A stretch of DNA of 64,000 nucleotides from Sminthopsis crassicaudata (Eukaryota): NCBI RefSeq assembly GCF_048593235.1, contig NC_133619.1, forward strand, positions 651,288,558 through 651,352,557, written 5' to 3'. Under the pieces are notes generated by a model. It did no database searches. It was not told the DNA's origin and worked only from the letters and a program-made list of their open reading frames with translations. The position numbers were made by a program, and so were the translations under genes. Numbering within the stretch: position 1 is the first letter of the stretch; every line of letters starts with the position of its first letter. Shown piece after piece: positions 38,058 to 51,700 of the stretch.

Positions 38058-38670
38058 TTCCCTCCTCTCATCCTGGTGCAGATCCCCATCACTTTGAATT
38101 ATTTCAACAGCTGCTCCAGCCTCTTCCCATCCTAAAACATCTTCCATTCAGCCACTAAATCAGTTTTCATAAATTTAAACGTCACCCCCCCACACTCAAG
38201 AAACTCTAGTAGCTCCCTATAGCCTCCAAGCTCAAATATACATATTTGCTGAGGCAATTGGATTTAAGTGACACACAGCTAGCAAGTGTTAAGTGTCTGA
38301 GGCCACATTTGAACTCAGGTCCACCTGACTTCAGGGCGGGTGCTCTATCCACTTTGCTGCCTCCCTTTCCAGTTTTCTTACACCTTACCCCCAATACATA
38401 ATTTTTGATCTGATGACATTGGCCCCCTGCTTACCTCCCTGGCTTTTTTTTTTAAGACCTAACTAAAGACTCACATTCTGCAGGAAGTCCTCTTAATTCC
38501 AGTATATTTGTCCTGTTAATTATTTCCCATTTGCCATTTACATAGCTTTCTCTGTCTATATTTATTTGTCCGTTGTCGCTCCCAACAGATTGTAAGCTCT
38601 TGAGGCAGGACCTTCTTTTGCTTCTCAGCACACTCCCTAGCATACTGTAGGTGCTTAATAAATGTTTATT
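37690..38670 (+). mobile_element. Degraded L2 LINE, interrupted by (TA)n at 38013-38055 and a SINE
   Basis: RT remnant aactatcactatgctaatgattctcaaatc (YADD-like); typical L2 3' end tgtaagctcttgaggcagg...gtaggtgcttaataaatgtttatt. Confidence 0.75.
38245..38365 (-). mobile_element. WSINE1-like marsupial SINE
   Basis: Reverse complement matches the element at 54198 (gatagagcacc...tgaagtcagg...cctcagacacttaacactt...caattgcctcagc). Confidence 0.75.
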
Positions 38671-39039
38671 GCTCTGTTGGTGGGTAACATCACAACCTCA
38701 GACCTAGGCAGCGTTGTAGACGCTCAAATTCCTGAGTAATGGACAGGACACACCCCTCAGAAAATACACACGTACACGCAGGTAAACAGAGACACATTCT
38801 ACTTTCCTTGGTGAAACTTTCCGCTAATTGGCCAGAAACCCAAAGCTCCCCAATTGCAAGGGGCTCACTGCGGGAACTGAGGCATAACGAGTAGCGGATG
38901 CAGGTGGGGAAGGAGGATGGGCTCCGGAGAATCTGCTCTCATTGGAGGGAGTCAGCTGGGCCAGAGGGGAGGGAAGTTTAAGGAGTGGAGGTTGCAATCC
39001 CTCTCTTTTTGTCCACCTGCATTTTGGATCTCCTTCACG

Positions 39040-39252
39040 AGCTAATTGTACACTATTTCAAAGTCCAATTCTTTTTGTACAGCAAAACAACTGTTTGGAT
39101 AAGTATACATATATTGTATTTAATGTATACTTTAACATATTGAACATGTGTTGGTCAACCTGCCCTCTGGGGGAGGGGGTGGGGGGAAAGAGGGGAAAAT
39201 TGGAACAAAAGGTTTGGCAATTGTCAATGATGGAAAATTACCCTGCATATAT
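39040..39252 (+). mobile_element. L1 3' UTR fragment running into a gap (39253-39847)
   Basis: G-rich L1 tail followed by aattggaacaaaaggtttggcaattgtcaatg; related to the inverted copy at ~57690-57990. Confidence 0.7.
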
Positions 39253-41425
39253 NNNNNNNNNNNNNNNNNNNNNNNNNNNNNNNNNNNNNNNNNNNNNNNN
39301 NNNNNNNNNNNNNNNNNNNNNNNNNNNNNNNNNNNNNNNNNNNNNNNNNNNNNNNNNNNNNNNNNNNNNNNNNNNNNNNNNNNNNNNNNNNNNNNNNNNN
39401 NNNNNNNNNNNNNNNNNNNNNNNNNNNNNNNNNNNNNNNNNNNNNNNNNNNNNNNNNNNNNNNNNNNNNNNNNNNNNNNNNNNNNNNNNNNNNNNNNNNN
39501 NNNNNNNNNNNNNNNNNNNNNNNNNNNNNNNNNNNNNNNNNNNNNNNNNNNNNNNNNNNNNNNNNNNNNNNNNNNNNNNNNNNNNNNNNNNNNNNNNNNN
39601 NNNNNNNNNNNNNNNNNNNNNNNNNNNNNNNNNNNNNNNNNNNNNNNNNNNNNNNNNNNNNNNNNNNNNNNNNNNNNNNNNNNNNNNNNNNNNNNNNNNN
39701 NNNNNNNNNNNNNNNNNNNNNNNNNNNNNNNNNNNNNNNNNNNNNNNNNNNNNNNNNNNNNNNNNNNNNNNNNNNNNNNNNNNNNNNNNNNNNNNNNNNN
39801 NNNNNNNNNNNNNNNNNNNNNNNNNNNNNNNNNNNNNNNNNNNNNNNACCTCTAGTAAGATTCTGGAAGAAGGGCTGGAGCTACTCTGTCCAGGGTTTTT
39901 GGCCTCTAGTCTGAGGGAGATCCTCCTCCTGTGGATTCTCCAGAGCTGGGCAGGACCTGAAGGCAGCATGGAGTCTCATCCACTCATTTTCCCAAGGAGA
40001 AACAGCCGGAGAGGAACAGGGACTCCGTTGCCCCAAGCTCTGCTCGGTGGCAGGAGGCCAGCTCTTGCCAAGACGGCCACGTCAGAGGCAGAAGGAACCC
40101 TGGGCGCCATGGCCCTCAGCCCTCTGGGTCTTGAGCTAGTCTCCTTCCGGCCCCTCCCCTGATGGTCTGGGAGCCCTGACTCTGGTCCCTGGCTGCTGGC
40201 ACTTGCTCGGGCTGTGCCCATGCCCAGGGTGTTTCTCGCCCCCGTCCCTCCTAGCTTCCCCGGCTCCTTCCAGCTCAGAGCAAACCCGGTTTCTTCAGGA
40301 GAAAGGTCATTCTCTCCTCCCCGCCCTCCTCCCCTCTGTCCTCCCCCGTCCCCCTATGGGCCCTCTCACGTGAGATGGCAGCTTTGTTCTATTTGACCCT
40401 CAGACCTAGGAGCCGCAGGGGAGCCGTGGAAAAGTTGCCGGGATGCAGGCTGAATGTCAGGAGCAGAGCGCACTGAGAGCTGCCCTGAAGGGCTGGGACA
40501 CTGCTGGGGGGGCGGGCGAGGCCGACGGTAAGGGGCCATTTGGATACCGGTCAGAAGCGGGGTCTTCAGGCTGACAGAGGCTCCGGGGGCCCTGGAGGCC
40601 TTCTAAGTGGGCCCCCTTGGGACAGACGGACACCCACCCTTTTGAGAGCTGCTGATTCTAAAACTCGAGACCCGGAGGAAAGGGGCTGAGGGGAGAGGGA
40701 AGCAGGACTGCGTGTGGTGACATCAGCCAGGTGCCCTCTGGGACCCCGGAGTCGGGAGAGGAACGGAGGGCTCCGAGCCTTGTCTCAGCCTGAAGCCCCC
40801 CGCTTCCGCCGGCGGGAGCGGAGCGACAAGCCCCCCACCGGCGCGGCCGGCCCTCCCGGCAGTCTCCCAGGGATGCCCACGGGGGATGCCGGGACGTCGG
40901 GGGCAGAAGCGGGAGCTGGGCCGCTCGCTGGGGGCTCGCTCCAAACCGGAGCCGGCCTGAGTTTCTGGAGGTGGGGCTGGGAAGCCCTTTGGCCATCCCC
41001 TGAGGAGCCAGGGGTCCAGGAGGTTCGGGGGAGGGGGACAGGAAGCTCTGTAGGGGGAGCTCCGGGCTCTGTCTCCACCAATCACCCCGCATTGGGCAGG
41101 CCCCTCCTGCTGGCTGGGAGCGCACAGTGCGCTCCTGATTAATCTCTTGGACTTTCTCCTAAGGGAACTCAAACCTCTCCGGCAACCCAGCCTCCTCTCA
41201 TTCTAGAACCCGTGTGACCTTGGAAAAGTCCTTCGTGCCGGCCGGGACTCCATTTTCACTTCGGAAAAGGAGACGGGCTAAGCCGTTTCCACCTCCCCTG
41301 CCCCCACCTCCCACCGGCCGCTCGGCGCCTCCCGGCCCCGGGCCCTCGAGAGGACAGGGACCCGGGCCCGCCAAATCCGCAGCCTGGCCCCGCTGCCTGC
41401 CTGCGGTTAGCTGCAGGAGCCGGGA

Positions 41426-41460
41426 CCAATCAGCTCCGTGGAGGCTCGGTGACGTCACCG
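41426..41460. promoter_or_regulatory. CCAAT box plus perfect CRE palindrome in a CpG-rich segment
   Basis: CCAAT at 41426-41430; CGGTGACGTCACCG (14-bp palindrome) at 41447-41460. Confidence 0.55.
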
Positions 41461-44400
41461 GGCACCGGGCAGGCTCCAGCCGATGCGGCCCAAAGTCCTC
41501 CCTCAGCGCCCCCCCCCTCGGTATAGACTGTACCCCGTGAGCCCCAGGGTGCGGGGGGGCAGGGCCCTGAGCCGGGGGAAGGAGGGGGGGAGAGGCTCAG
41601 AAACAGACCGGAGAAGACATTGCGGGAGGGGGGGGGGGGGACGGATACTGGGAGAGCGGGGCCTGCTGGGTACTAATCCTCCACAAGGGATGGGAAATCT
41701 AGACAGGGAGAGAATGAAAGAAAGGGGGAGAGAGCGGAAGGAGGGGGGAGCGGGGGAGGGGGGGAGGGGAGGGCACGGGAGGGGGAGAGATAGAAGGAGA
41801 GACGCGGCATTTCTCTAGCGCATTAAGCCTTGCGGGAGGAGGGGCTGGTGTGACCCCCGCTCCTGAGACCGGGCAGTCGCGTCAGGGAGGCTGGTGACTC
41901 AGCTGCAGCGGTCCCATCGGCGCCCTCTCCCCGGCCTCTCGGCTTCCACCCAGACCCCGGAGGCCGGCAGGCTTGTCCATGGTGGCCCAGAACCGGGCAC
42001 GGACCTTTAGAAACAAACCGTCGGACGTGGAAAGATGGGGAGCCCAGAGAAGGGAAGCCCTTGGCTGGGGTCACCCCCAACCTGGGACCAGAACACAGGG
42101 CCCAGCCCCCGAGCCAGGAGGCCTCCCTTCAGGGGCAGACGGGAGCTGTCACCCCTCCTCCGCCTGCCTCAGTTTGCCCATCCGTATAATAGCCTGGCAG
42201 GATGGCGGTGAGCACCGGCCCTTTATACCTCGGCCTGCAGTCTGCCCTTAGTGAGCGCTCCCAGGCCTGAGCCCGGGGCCCCTTCCTGAGCACCAGGCTG
42301 CCCTGCTGGCCCTGCCGGAGACCTCGGGGACTCAGGCCGCAGCCGCACAGCCTGGCGGCCCGTCTCCCAGATCTGTGTGTGTGCACCCACAGTGCGTCAT
42401 GTGTGTCATGCAGGGTGTGCGTGTTGTGTGTGCACGCTAGGCACATGTATGTGCGTGTGCGTATTGTGTACTAAGCAGTGCATTGTGGGTAAGTGCGTGT
42501 TGTGTGTGTTCACTAGGCAGTGCATTGTGGGTAAGTGTGCGTGTTGCCCACCTGTGTGCTCGGTACATGGTTGCGCACACCGTGCTTACACGGTGCGTGT
42601 GCAGGGGCGTTCTGCGCTGGTGCATACTGTGCATTGTATGTACATATGTACGAGGTGTACACGGGTGCGTGCATGGCGGGACAGGGCCACGCCAGGGGCC
42701 TCTGGGAGCCTCGGCCTCCTCCTCTGTCCCTGCCCGGGCTGGCGGTAGAAGCGCTCTCCAAGCCTCGCTCCGAAACGGGAACGGGGCCAGAAAGGGGTGT
42801 TGGGGGAGGGGGTTGGCAGGGAAGTCATCCCCACGCCAAAGATGAAAGGAGAGGGCGGAGCTGGCCCCCCCAAACAAACTGCGTCCTTCCTTGTAGACTG
42901 CCCCCCTCCCCCCCGCCCCGTGGGGCCGTGACAGCGGGGCTCGGCCCACAGCGGGAGGGGCGGTCCTGCTGGTTGGGTTGCCATGACGCGGCAGGCTCTC
43001 TTTTCCACCTGGCTCCGTGACCCGGGTCGGCGCCCGCCCCTCTGGGGCTGCCCAGGTCCTAAGACCCCCCAAGGCCCCAGGCGGAGGGAGGAGGCGCTGC
43101 GGCGGCCCGGCCCCCACCTCTCCTAACCGCGACTTTGGGCAAGCCTGGGAGCCTCGGTTTCCTCCTCTGTAACGCCCCGAGGATAATAACAGCCCCCCCC
43201 AGTCCTGGATGAGGTCACGTCTGTACCGAGCCCCGGAACGGCGCTATTATGGGATTTGGAGCTGCCGGCGATCCTCCCTTCCAAACCGCTCATTTGGAGG
43301 GGCCCGGCGCTCTGCCCGGGTCAGCGGAGGAGCACAGGCTGCCCGGGGCCAAAGCCGAGCCCCCTGCCCCCCACAGAGCGAGGGAGCGCATGCCTGGGGG
43401 GCTCTGGGAGAGGGAAGCCCCCGGGGCCGAGCCCCCTGTCCTCCCCCAGAGCCGCTCAGCAGGGGAGGAGGGAAGGAGCACGCGCCCGGGGGGCTCTGGG
43501 ACAGGGAAGCCCCCAGGCCGTGGAGGAAGAGCCCGCAGTGTGTCTGGGCAAAGACAGCAGCAGATGTGTAGGCTGCAAAGACCCAGGGGAGGGGAGCGGA
43601 GGCAAAGGTACGGCGGAGGGATCGGCCGGGAAGGTGACAGAGAGCCTGCAGTGGCCCCTTCGAAGGGGAGGGAACAACAAAAACCCAGGAGGAGCTGGTG
43701 CTCGGGACTTGGGCTCCCCAGCTTGGCCAGACTGGGAGCCCGCTCTTGGGGGGTCCCTGTACATCAGGCAGACTGAAGCTGGGCCCTTGCGGAGCACAAC
43801 TTCCCCCAGGCCGGAAAGAATGAGCCGGCGGCCCACTGGAAGTCAGCAGCCCCGGACTGGAGTCAGCATGGCGGCTCCCCAAGGACAGAAGGGAGAAGCC
43901 GGGGAGCGGGGCTGGCCAAGGTCCCGCGGAGCCCAGACTTGTGACTTCCGGGCTGCGGTGGCTCCCAGGAGGTGACGGGAGCCTGGCACTGCAGGCCCGG
44001 AAGGTCAGGAGGACAGGGCGGTGGGAGGGTGCGGTGACAGGACAGGGGAAGTGACAAAGCGAGCAGGCTTCCCTCCCCCTGGGAACCGGGTGAGTGTCCC
44101 TTCCCTCCCTGGCCGCCTCCTGAGCGCCACTCCCCTCCCCGCCCGCTGTCCGGGCCCTCAGCAGGCAGAGCAGCATCTGGGGTGTGGCTCGGGTGGCCCA
44201 GTATCGGGCCTGAGGCAGGATCCCCACGGAGGATGGAGTAATAAGGGGTGGGGAGCTGGATGCTAGGTTTCTGCAAGGGCCCACACCCCTTGATGCTCTT
44301 GCTGATTAGGACCGCCTGCCCAGGGTGGAGCAGACCTACCTTAGGCCTCCCCACTCCCGGCACCCACGGGAGCCAGGCCGCCAGCTCCCCCAAACGCTGG

Positions 44401-45663
44401 AGGTCCGGGCTCCAGCCTCCTGCCGCCCCCCGCGGGGACAGTTAGTGGCGGGTAACGTGGGGCAGAGGACCAAAGATGCGCAGGAGGCGAGCCTGGTCCG
44501 GGAAAAGCAATGTGGGAGCAGGGATTGGGGAGCTGCCCTCCCCCACAGATGCACTCCCAGGCCTTTGCACAACTCGGGTTTCAGGCTGGCCCGCAGGGCG
44601 CAGTGGGAGGAGGTGAGCTGTTCACTGGGGTGCACGGGGCTAGAAGCCCGTCCCCACCCTAATGAGTCTCCCCGGGATCCCAGGCTCTCTGTTTCCTCAG
44701 CAGGCTCCCCAGTGCCTCCCAAATCCTGAAGACTCCCGGCTCCAGCCCCCTCTCATGTGAGAGTACAGGTTCCCCGCCCTCCCAGAGGACTTGGGTAGGG
44801 GAGGCAACAGCTTCCTGGCAGCAGCCACGTGCCCCTGGCACCCGGTCCCCCCTCCTCACCACTGGCTGCTGAAGCAGATTTCAGACCGGGAGGATGGGAA
44901 AAACCTGAAGGATGATAGAGGCCCAGAGCGGGGAAAGGGAGCAGGAAGGCCGGCTGACTAACTCAGAGGGAGCGGGAGCAGGGCCCAGGCCTCAGGCCAG
45001 GGAGGGGAGCGTTGGCTGCCTGGCAACCCTGCTCCGTGACCCACGGGCCCCTTTGATTCCGAGGCTCCCAGAAGTGTCCAGAAGAGGTCTCAGGGCTTCC
45101 TTCAAATAGCAACATGGACCCTGAGCGCTGAACAAGTGTGAGTTCAGTCGGTGCTCCCAACAACCGCCTTGGGAAGTAGAAACCATTATCATACCCATTG
45201 GACAGGTGGGGAGACTGAGGCAGACCAAGGTTCAGAGTCACAGAGTATCTGAGGGCAGTCTTGCCTTCAGCTCCGGGGCTTTGTCCAAGCTGGGCGCTCC
45301 AAAGGTGGGATGTCTTTGGAGAGGTTAGCGCAGACGCCCGGGGGCTTGGGGAAGCTCCTGCAGGCTGGACCCCCGCGGTCCCGGCTCGCCCGGAGCCCGG
45401 ATGCGGGCTCTCCCCTCCGCCCCCTCCGCCTCCGCCCCCTCCCCCCCATCCCCAGCCCCGGCCCCTCCCAGGGGAGCCGAGGGGCGGGGCACGGCGTGGG
45501 TAGCAGCCAGAGGAACCGGCTGAGCCCCACCCCGCCCAGCTGGGGTTCTGGCACTAGTGGGCAGCCCGCGGAGAGGGAGGCCGCCTTCGCTCGTGCTCAG
45601 TGCTGAGTGCCGCCCGGCGCCCGCTGCCCCTCTGCCGCCGTCAGCCTGCCCCGGGACCCCGCC

Positions 45664-45722
45664 ATGGAAGGGCCCCTGGCGTCCTGGATCTCTGGGAATT
45701 CGGAGGTGGCCCTCGATATAAG
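45664..45722 (+). CDS. SULT2B1: Candidate distal first coding exon (1B) of SULT2B1
   Basis: Kozak gcc[23 protein letters not shown], phase-2 donor AG|GTGAGG matching the phase-2 acceptor at 61080/61081; CpG island. Confidence 0.68.
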
Positions 45723-48700
45723 GTGAGGGGGGGAGGGGCTGCGGCCGAGGCGCTGTCCAGCGTCAGATCCGCCCCGGGCTCCCGGCACTCCCGCCTCAGC
45801 CTGCCGCGCCATCCCGGGCCCCCGGGCCCCCCGCCCCTCGCGCCCCGGCCGGCTCCCCGCTCTCCGGGCCCCCCGCCCCTCGCGCCCCGGCCGGCTCCCC
45901 GCTCTCCGGGCGCCCGGCACTCCCGCCTCAGCTCCCGCGCCCATCCCGGGCCCCCCGCCCCTCGCGCCCCGGCCGGCTCCCCGCTCTCCGGGCGCCCGGC
46001 ACTCCCGCCTCAGCTCCCGCGCCCATCCCGGGCCCCGAGCCTTCCATTCTTTCCTCAGCCTCTGAAGTCCGAGCCTGTGGGTCACCGAGACCCAAAGCTC
46101 CCGGCCTGCCCCCGCCCCACCGGCCCCTCCCACCCCGCTCCTTCCAGAAAACCGAGGACTTTGGGGCGCGAGGGACTCTGGGGAGAAGCTAGGGCCGGCC
46201 GCTGTTCCACAGCTTAGGAGAACCCAATTCAGGGGCCAGACTGGCCCAAGGTCGCGCAGGGAGCTAGCCTGGGGCTCTTCCAGCGCATCCCAGGGGCCTG
46301 GCTGCTTCTCCGGCCTCTCCAAGCGCCCAGACCCCGCCAGGGTCTCCTCCAATCATCTGTCCGCGGTTTCTTCCCTGCCTCTGATCTTTCTTGTCTTTTC
46401 TTTTTCCTGAGGCAGTTGAGGTTAAGTGACTTGCCCAGGGTCACACAGCTAGCAAGTGTCAAGTGTCTGAGATCAGATTTGAACTCGGGTCCTCCTGACT
46501 TCAGGGCTGTGCTCTACCCACCGGGCCACCTGGCTGCTCCTGATCTTTTCTTGGCCTCTGATTTCTCTCAAGTTGTTCTCTCATCCCAGATTCTTTCCCT
46601 CTGTTATCTCCTCAATCTTAATTGTTCCTCCCAGATCTTAGATTTAAGAATTGAGAAATAATAGGAAGAGATAGATTTCCCAGGACTTCTAAGTGCAATC
46701 CTCTCACCGTGCAGGTGACAGGAGTATGATGCAAGCTCGCCCCGTGTGGGAACTGGTGTCCTGAGCAGGATTTGAACCTCCTGACTTCCAGCCACTCTAG
46801 ACTGCTTTAAATCTCTCTGTGACTGCCGAGTCCTCCTCTGTTGGCTCTGGGTGCCTCATTTTCCTCTCTCCATAGCGGACTCTCTCCACTCGTCCCCAGC
46901 GCCATCACCAGATTTCTTCCCACACGATCTTTCCTTGCCTTCTGACTCCTGCCGTCAATCCTCTCCTGAGCCATGATTTCCCAGCACAGTCTTGGATGGT
47001 CTCTCCCTGGCCTTCACCTCCAGTCTCCGCCATCACCTTCTGATCCCTTTGGCAACTCCAGTTCCTTCTCTCAGCCTTTTCTGGATTCTAAAACCTCCCC
47101 AGAGTTCTTCCATGAACTCAAATTATTCAATCAAATACTATAAATGCCCGCTCAGCTCTCAGGCACCGAGAGTACAGAACTCCCATCTGTCCCTGCCCTC
47201 GGAGAGCTTCCGCTCGGACAGGGGCCAGAGGAAGGACGGGGACAGCACCTGTAAGGGACAAGGGGACTGTAGGAAGGACAGGGACACCACCTGTAATGGA
47301 GCATGGATGGGGACAACACCTATAAGGGACAAGGGGACTGTAGGAAGGACAGGGACACCACCTGTAATGGAGCATGGACGGGGACAGCACCTGTAAGGGA
47401 CAAGGGGACCGGAGGAAAGAGCTGGGATGGAGGCAAGTAGCAACCAAGCTCTTCTTCCCCAGATCTCCTCCGCATATGGGGCGGCCTCCCCCAGTTTCCC
47501 CAGAACCTGGGACTCTTTATCTCCCATTCTGTGTCTGCTTTGTCATGATGATCCCTGCCCTTATCTCTGTGGCATTTCTGGTTCTTCCCTCCCTCCCACT
47601 TCATTCTCCCATGAACTTTCCTTCCTCCCTCCCCACCCCTACCCCACTCCCATCTCTTCCTTTCCTCAGACTCTCTTCTGATTTCGGGGGATCTCTCTGG
47701 GCTTTCCCCCTTTGCTCTCTCCCTCCATGATAACACCTCCCTCTCCCGAATCTCCGAGAAAATCTGCGGTTCTCTTGGAAAGTCTCCCACTCTGACCTTC
47801 ATATCATCTTCCATTGTTCTCTATTGTCTCTTGCTCATCTCGGATTTCCGTGATCTGTAGTTCCCACCTGTGATCTCTTCCTTCAGGATCTCTGATTTCT
47901 TCCTCACAATCTCCCTGTGATTTTTTTTTTTTTTTAATTTTTCCCTTAAATCTGTTAACTTGTGATTTCTTAGTTTCTTCCCTCAGGCTTTGTCAGTCAA
48001 GAAGCATTTATGAAGCACCTACTGTGTGCCAGGCCCTGGGCTAAGTGCTGGGGACACAGAGAGGTCAAAGACAGTCTCGGTCCTCTTCCCACTCTGCATC
48101 TCTGAAAATCCTTCAGTGCTTCAGGTAGCCCTCCCCTGAACCCACATCCTTCCTTCCTCCAGGCTGTACTGTCCAGCTCCTTCAATGAGCAGAGAGAACC
48201 AGGCTTCTCCCCGCTTCTGCTCTGCAGGAGTCAGTCCTCCTCCTGCTCGCCCCCAAAGTCAGGCAGGAAGAGCTCATCTTCCGAGCTCAAATCTGACCTC
48301 AGGCACTTATACTTATCTGAGCCTGGGCAACCACTTACCCCCATTTGCCTCAGTTTCTTCATCTGTAAAGGGAGCTGGAGAAGGAAATGACCAACCACGG
48401 TCTCTTTGCCAAGAAAACCCCAAATGGGGTCACGGAGAGTTAGATGCAAGTGCACGACAACAGCAATAACATATTTGTGGGCACCCTGACCAACTTCCGC
48501 CTGGCCACCAGTGGCATCCTGGGAGCCCAAGCTCCGGGGCCTGGAAGACAGCAAGCTTTCTCACGGCTTACCTTTGTCCTGGAGTTTTGGCCATTCTGGG
48601 CCAGGGCCATTTGTTCAACCCACCTGGGGATGCTTCTAAGTAGCTTCAGTGGCCACCGAGTCCCATCCCGGGTTCTACACGGGAAGCAGGGCACTTTGGT

Positions 48701-51700
48701 CCTGCTCCAGCCTGACTCTTTGGGACCCTGGAGGGAGATCCAGAGGACGGGATTGGTCCAAGGTGATAGTGAGGAACAGGACCACACCGGCCAGGGCAGC
48801 TCCCGCACCCCACAGTGGGCCAGCCCCTTTGTCCAACAAGCTCCTTCTGACGTTCCCTAAGCCCTTTCTTGGCTGCTTGTATTTTCCTCAGGTCACTTTG
48901 GTTTCCGGGGCCCAGAAACATTCGGTCTCCTGGTGTCCCGGGCCCAAGGGCTGGTAGCTAATCCTCAACAATGGGGCCCATTACCTCGGACGCTCAAATG
49001 TGCAAGGGACAGCTCCGAAAAGTCCAAAGACTTGGCCAGCCACGCCCAAAGCCCACTCTGCTCTGGCCCCCAACAAGGGGGCCCTGGCCCCTCTGGGGAC
49101 AAACCCTGGGGCACGCAATTTCCAGCTATCTCCAGTTCCAAGGACTGATGGGCCATTGCTAAGCGATCTACCCTCAGACCCAGTCAGAATCTCCTCCCTC
49201 GAGGGCTGACTGCACCAAGACCTGGGTCCAAGCCAGCCATGTTATCCCTGCCCTCAGCAATTCTTCTTTAGCACGGGCTTGTCTCATTTAATCCTCAGGA
49301 CAACCCTGGGAGGTGGGTGCTATTGTTATCCCATTGTGAAGATGAGGAAAACAGAGAAGAAATGACCTGCTCTGGGTCACACAATTCATGTCTCATCTCA
49401 TCATCCTTCCACTCCAGGTCCAGCACTTCACCCATCCTGCACCCCGAGCTGAGCCCACTGAGACCCCTCCGGTGTCTGAAGGCTCAGTGTCCTAGGGATT
49501 AGAGTTGGAGAAGACCTAAGAGACAGTGGAGGCTGACCCCTTCCTTTGACAGAGGAGGCCCCAGTGGGAGGCTGGGTGGCAAAGGGGCACAGGGAGAGAG
49601 CAGAGTGGAAGAGGGACACAGGGAGGGGCAGGATGGCAGAGGGGCATAGGGAGAGAGCAGGGTGGCAGAGGGGCACAGGGAGGGAGCAGGGTGGCAGAGG
49701 GGCACAGGGAGGGGGCAGGGTGGCAGAGGGGCACAGGGAGGAAGGGAAGGAGGCAGGAAGAGACCAGTGGCCCCCTGCAGCCCAGTTCCCTTTAATAACC
49801 CATTTTGAATCTGCTGCTGGTGAACCCTTTTTGAAGTTATTTCTGTTTCCAGTCTCTTCTGCCTGGGAGAGGTTCCTGGCATGTCAGATTTCAGTTCTGG
49901 CCTAAATATTCCTCTTCAGAGCATTGGGGGCCTGGAGTGGGGGCAGGTTGAGAACAGTGGACCTCGGGGACCCAAGTGCCCCATTCTGTCCCAATTGCTG
50001 GAGATGTCTGCTGCCACCCTTCCAGTCTTGCCATTTGGGGCCGTGCACGACTCCCTCAGTTTCCTCCTTTGTCCAGCTGGATTCAGGTCAGGAAAAGCCT
50101 TTCCCAGGCATTTTGGACTCGCCGCTGGACACTGAGCAGGACTGTTCCCCTTTCTGGGCAGTCTCTCCACTCCATCTAAACACACAGATGAGACTCCTTC
50201 CAGCTCAGCTTAGTGCAGTCCGACAAACGTTTGCTTGTACCCAGAGTCCTCCTGGCTCCGGAAGAGGATGGTTCTGAATCTGGATCTGGGGCTCACCATC
50301 ACTGACTGCGGGACCTCGGCAGGCCCCGGTCCTCCCCCTCCAGCAAAGGCACTAACTGTGCTGTGTCTGAAAAGTGGCAGCCCGGCCTCCATAAGGAGGG
50401 GCGCCTAACCTGCCCCTCTTGCTCAGTCATCTCTCAGTTGTGTCCAGCTCTTGGTGACCCCATTTAGGGGTTTGGGTTTTTTGTTTGTTTTTGGTTTTTG
50501 GCAAAGAGACTGAATAGTTTGCTTTTCTTTTTCCGGCTTATTTGACAGATAAGGAAAATGAGGCAATTAGATGAAGTGACTTGTTCAGGGTCACAAAGCT
50601 TAGTCAGTCAGGATGAGTCTTCCTGACTCCAGAACCAATGTTCTGTGCACTGTGGTGCCCCTAGTGGCCCAGTCCACTTGGGACAGTTCTGATTATGAGG
50701 AAATTTTTCCTGGAGTCGGCTTAATTTTTTCTCTTCCTAACTTCCTGCTTTTGCTCCTGGTTCTGCCTTTTGGAACCAGATGTACTTTGTCCCTTCAAGG
50801 CCTCTTCACATAACTGCCGACATCCTCCACGCCCCAGCCCATCCCTATCTAATCTTCACCCCCAATTTCTTCCACTTCCACACAAGATAAGGCCTTAAGA
50901 CCCTTCACTCCATGGGTTTCCTGCCTCTGGAACTCCCCAGCTTATGAATGTCCTTCATCAATCATGGCGCCCAGAACTTAGCACAATACTCCAAAAGAGG
51001 TTGAAAGACTCCCATGTACAGTGGGACTATCACTTCCGTATTCCTAGAAGCTTCCTAATGAAGTCCAAGTTTATGTGAAAAGCAAAAAAAAAAAAAAAAA
51101 AAAAATCACACATTGGCCATATTGAAAAATGTGTGTTTCCCCACTCCATCTAAACACACAGATGAGACTCCTTCCAGCTCAGCTTAGTGCAGTCCGACAA
51201 ACGTTTGCTTGTACCCAGAGTCCTCCTGGCTCCGGAAGAGGATGGTTCTGAATCTGGATCTGGGGCTCACCATCACTGACTGCGGGACCTCGGCAGACCC
51301 CGGTCCTCCCCCTCCAGCAAAGGCACTAACTGTGCTGTGTCTGAAAAGTGGCAGCCCGGCCTCCATAAGGAGGGGCGCCTAACCTGCCCCTCTTGCTCAG
51401 TCATCTCTCAGTTGTGTCCAGCTCTTGGTGACCCCATTTAGGGGTTTGGATTTTTTGTTTGTTTTTGGTTTTTGGCAAAGAGACTGAATAGTTTGCTTTT
51501 CTTTTTCCGGCTTATTTGACAGATAAGGAAAATGAGGCAATTAGATGAAGTGACTTGTGCAGGGTCACAAAGCTTAGTCAGTCAGGATGAGTCTTCCTGA
51601 CTCCAGAACCAATGTTCTGTGCACTGTGGTGCCCCTAGTGGCCCAGTCCACTTGGGACAGTTCTGATTATGAGGAAAATTTTCCTGGAGTCAGCTTAATT

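Noticed and set aside
40600-45600. Many 100-345 aa ORFs between LMTK3 and SULT2B1
   Set aside because: Overlap in all frames, are Pro/Gly/Arg-biased, and show no recognisable domain or consistent exon chain.
45749-45768. Possible REST/RE1 site (GGCGCTGTCC); also a weak match near 11863-11881
   Set aside because: Only a half-site here, and several core mismatches in the other; not enough in GC-rich DNA.
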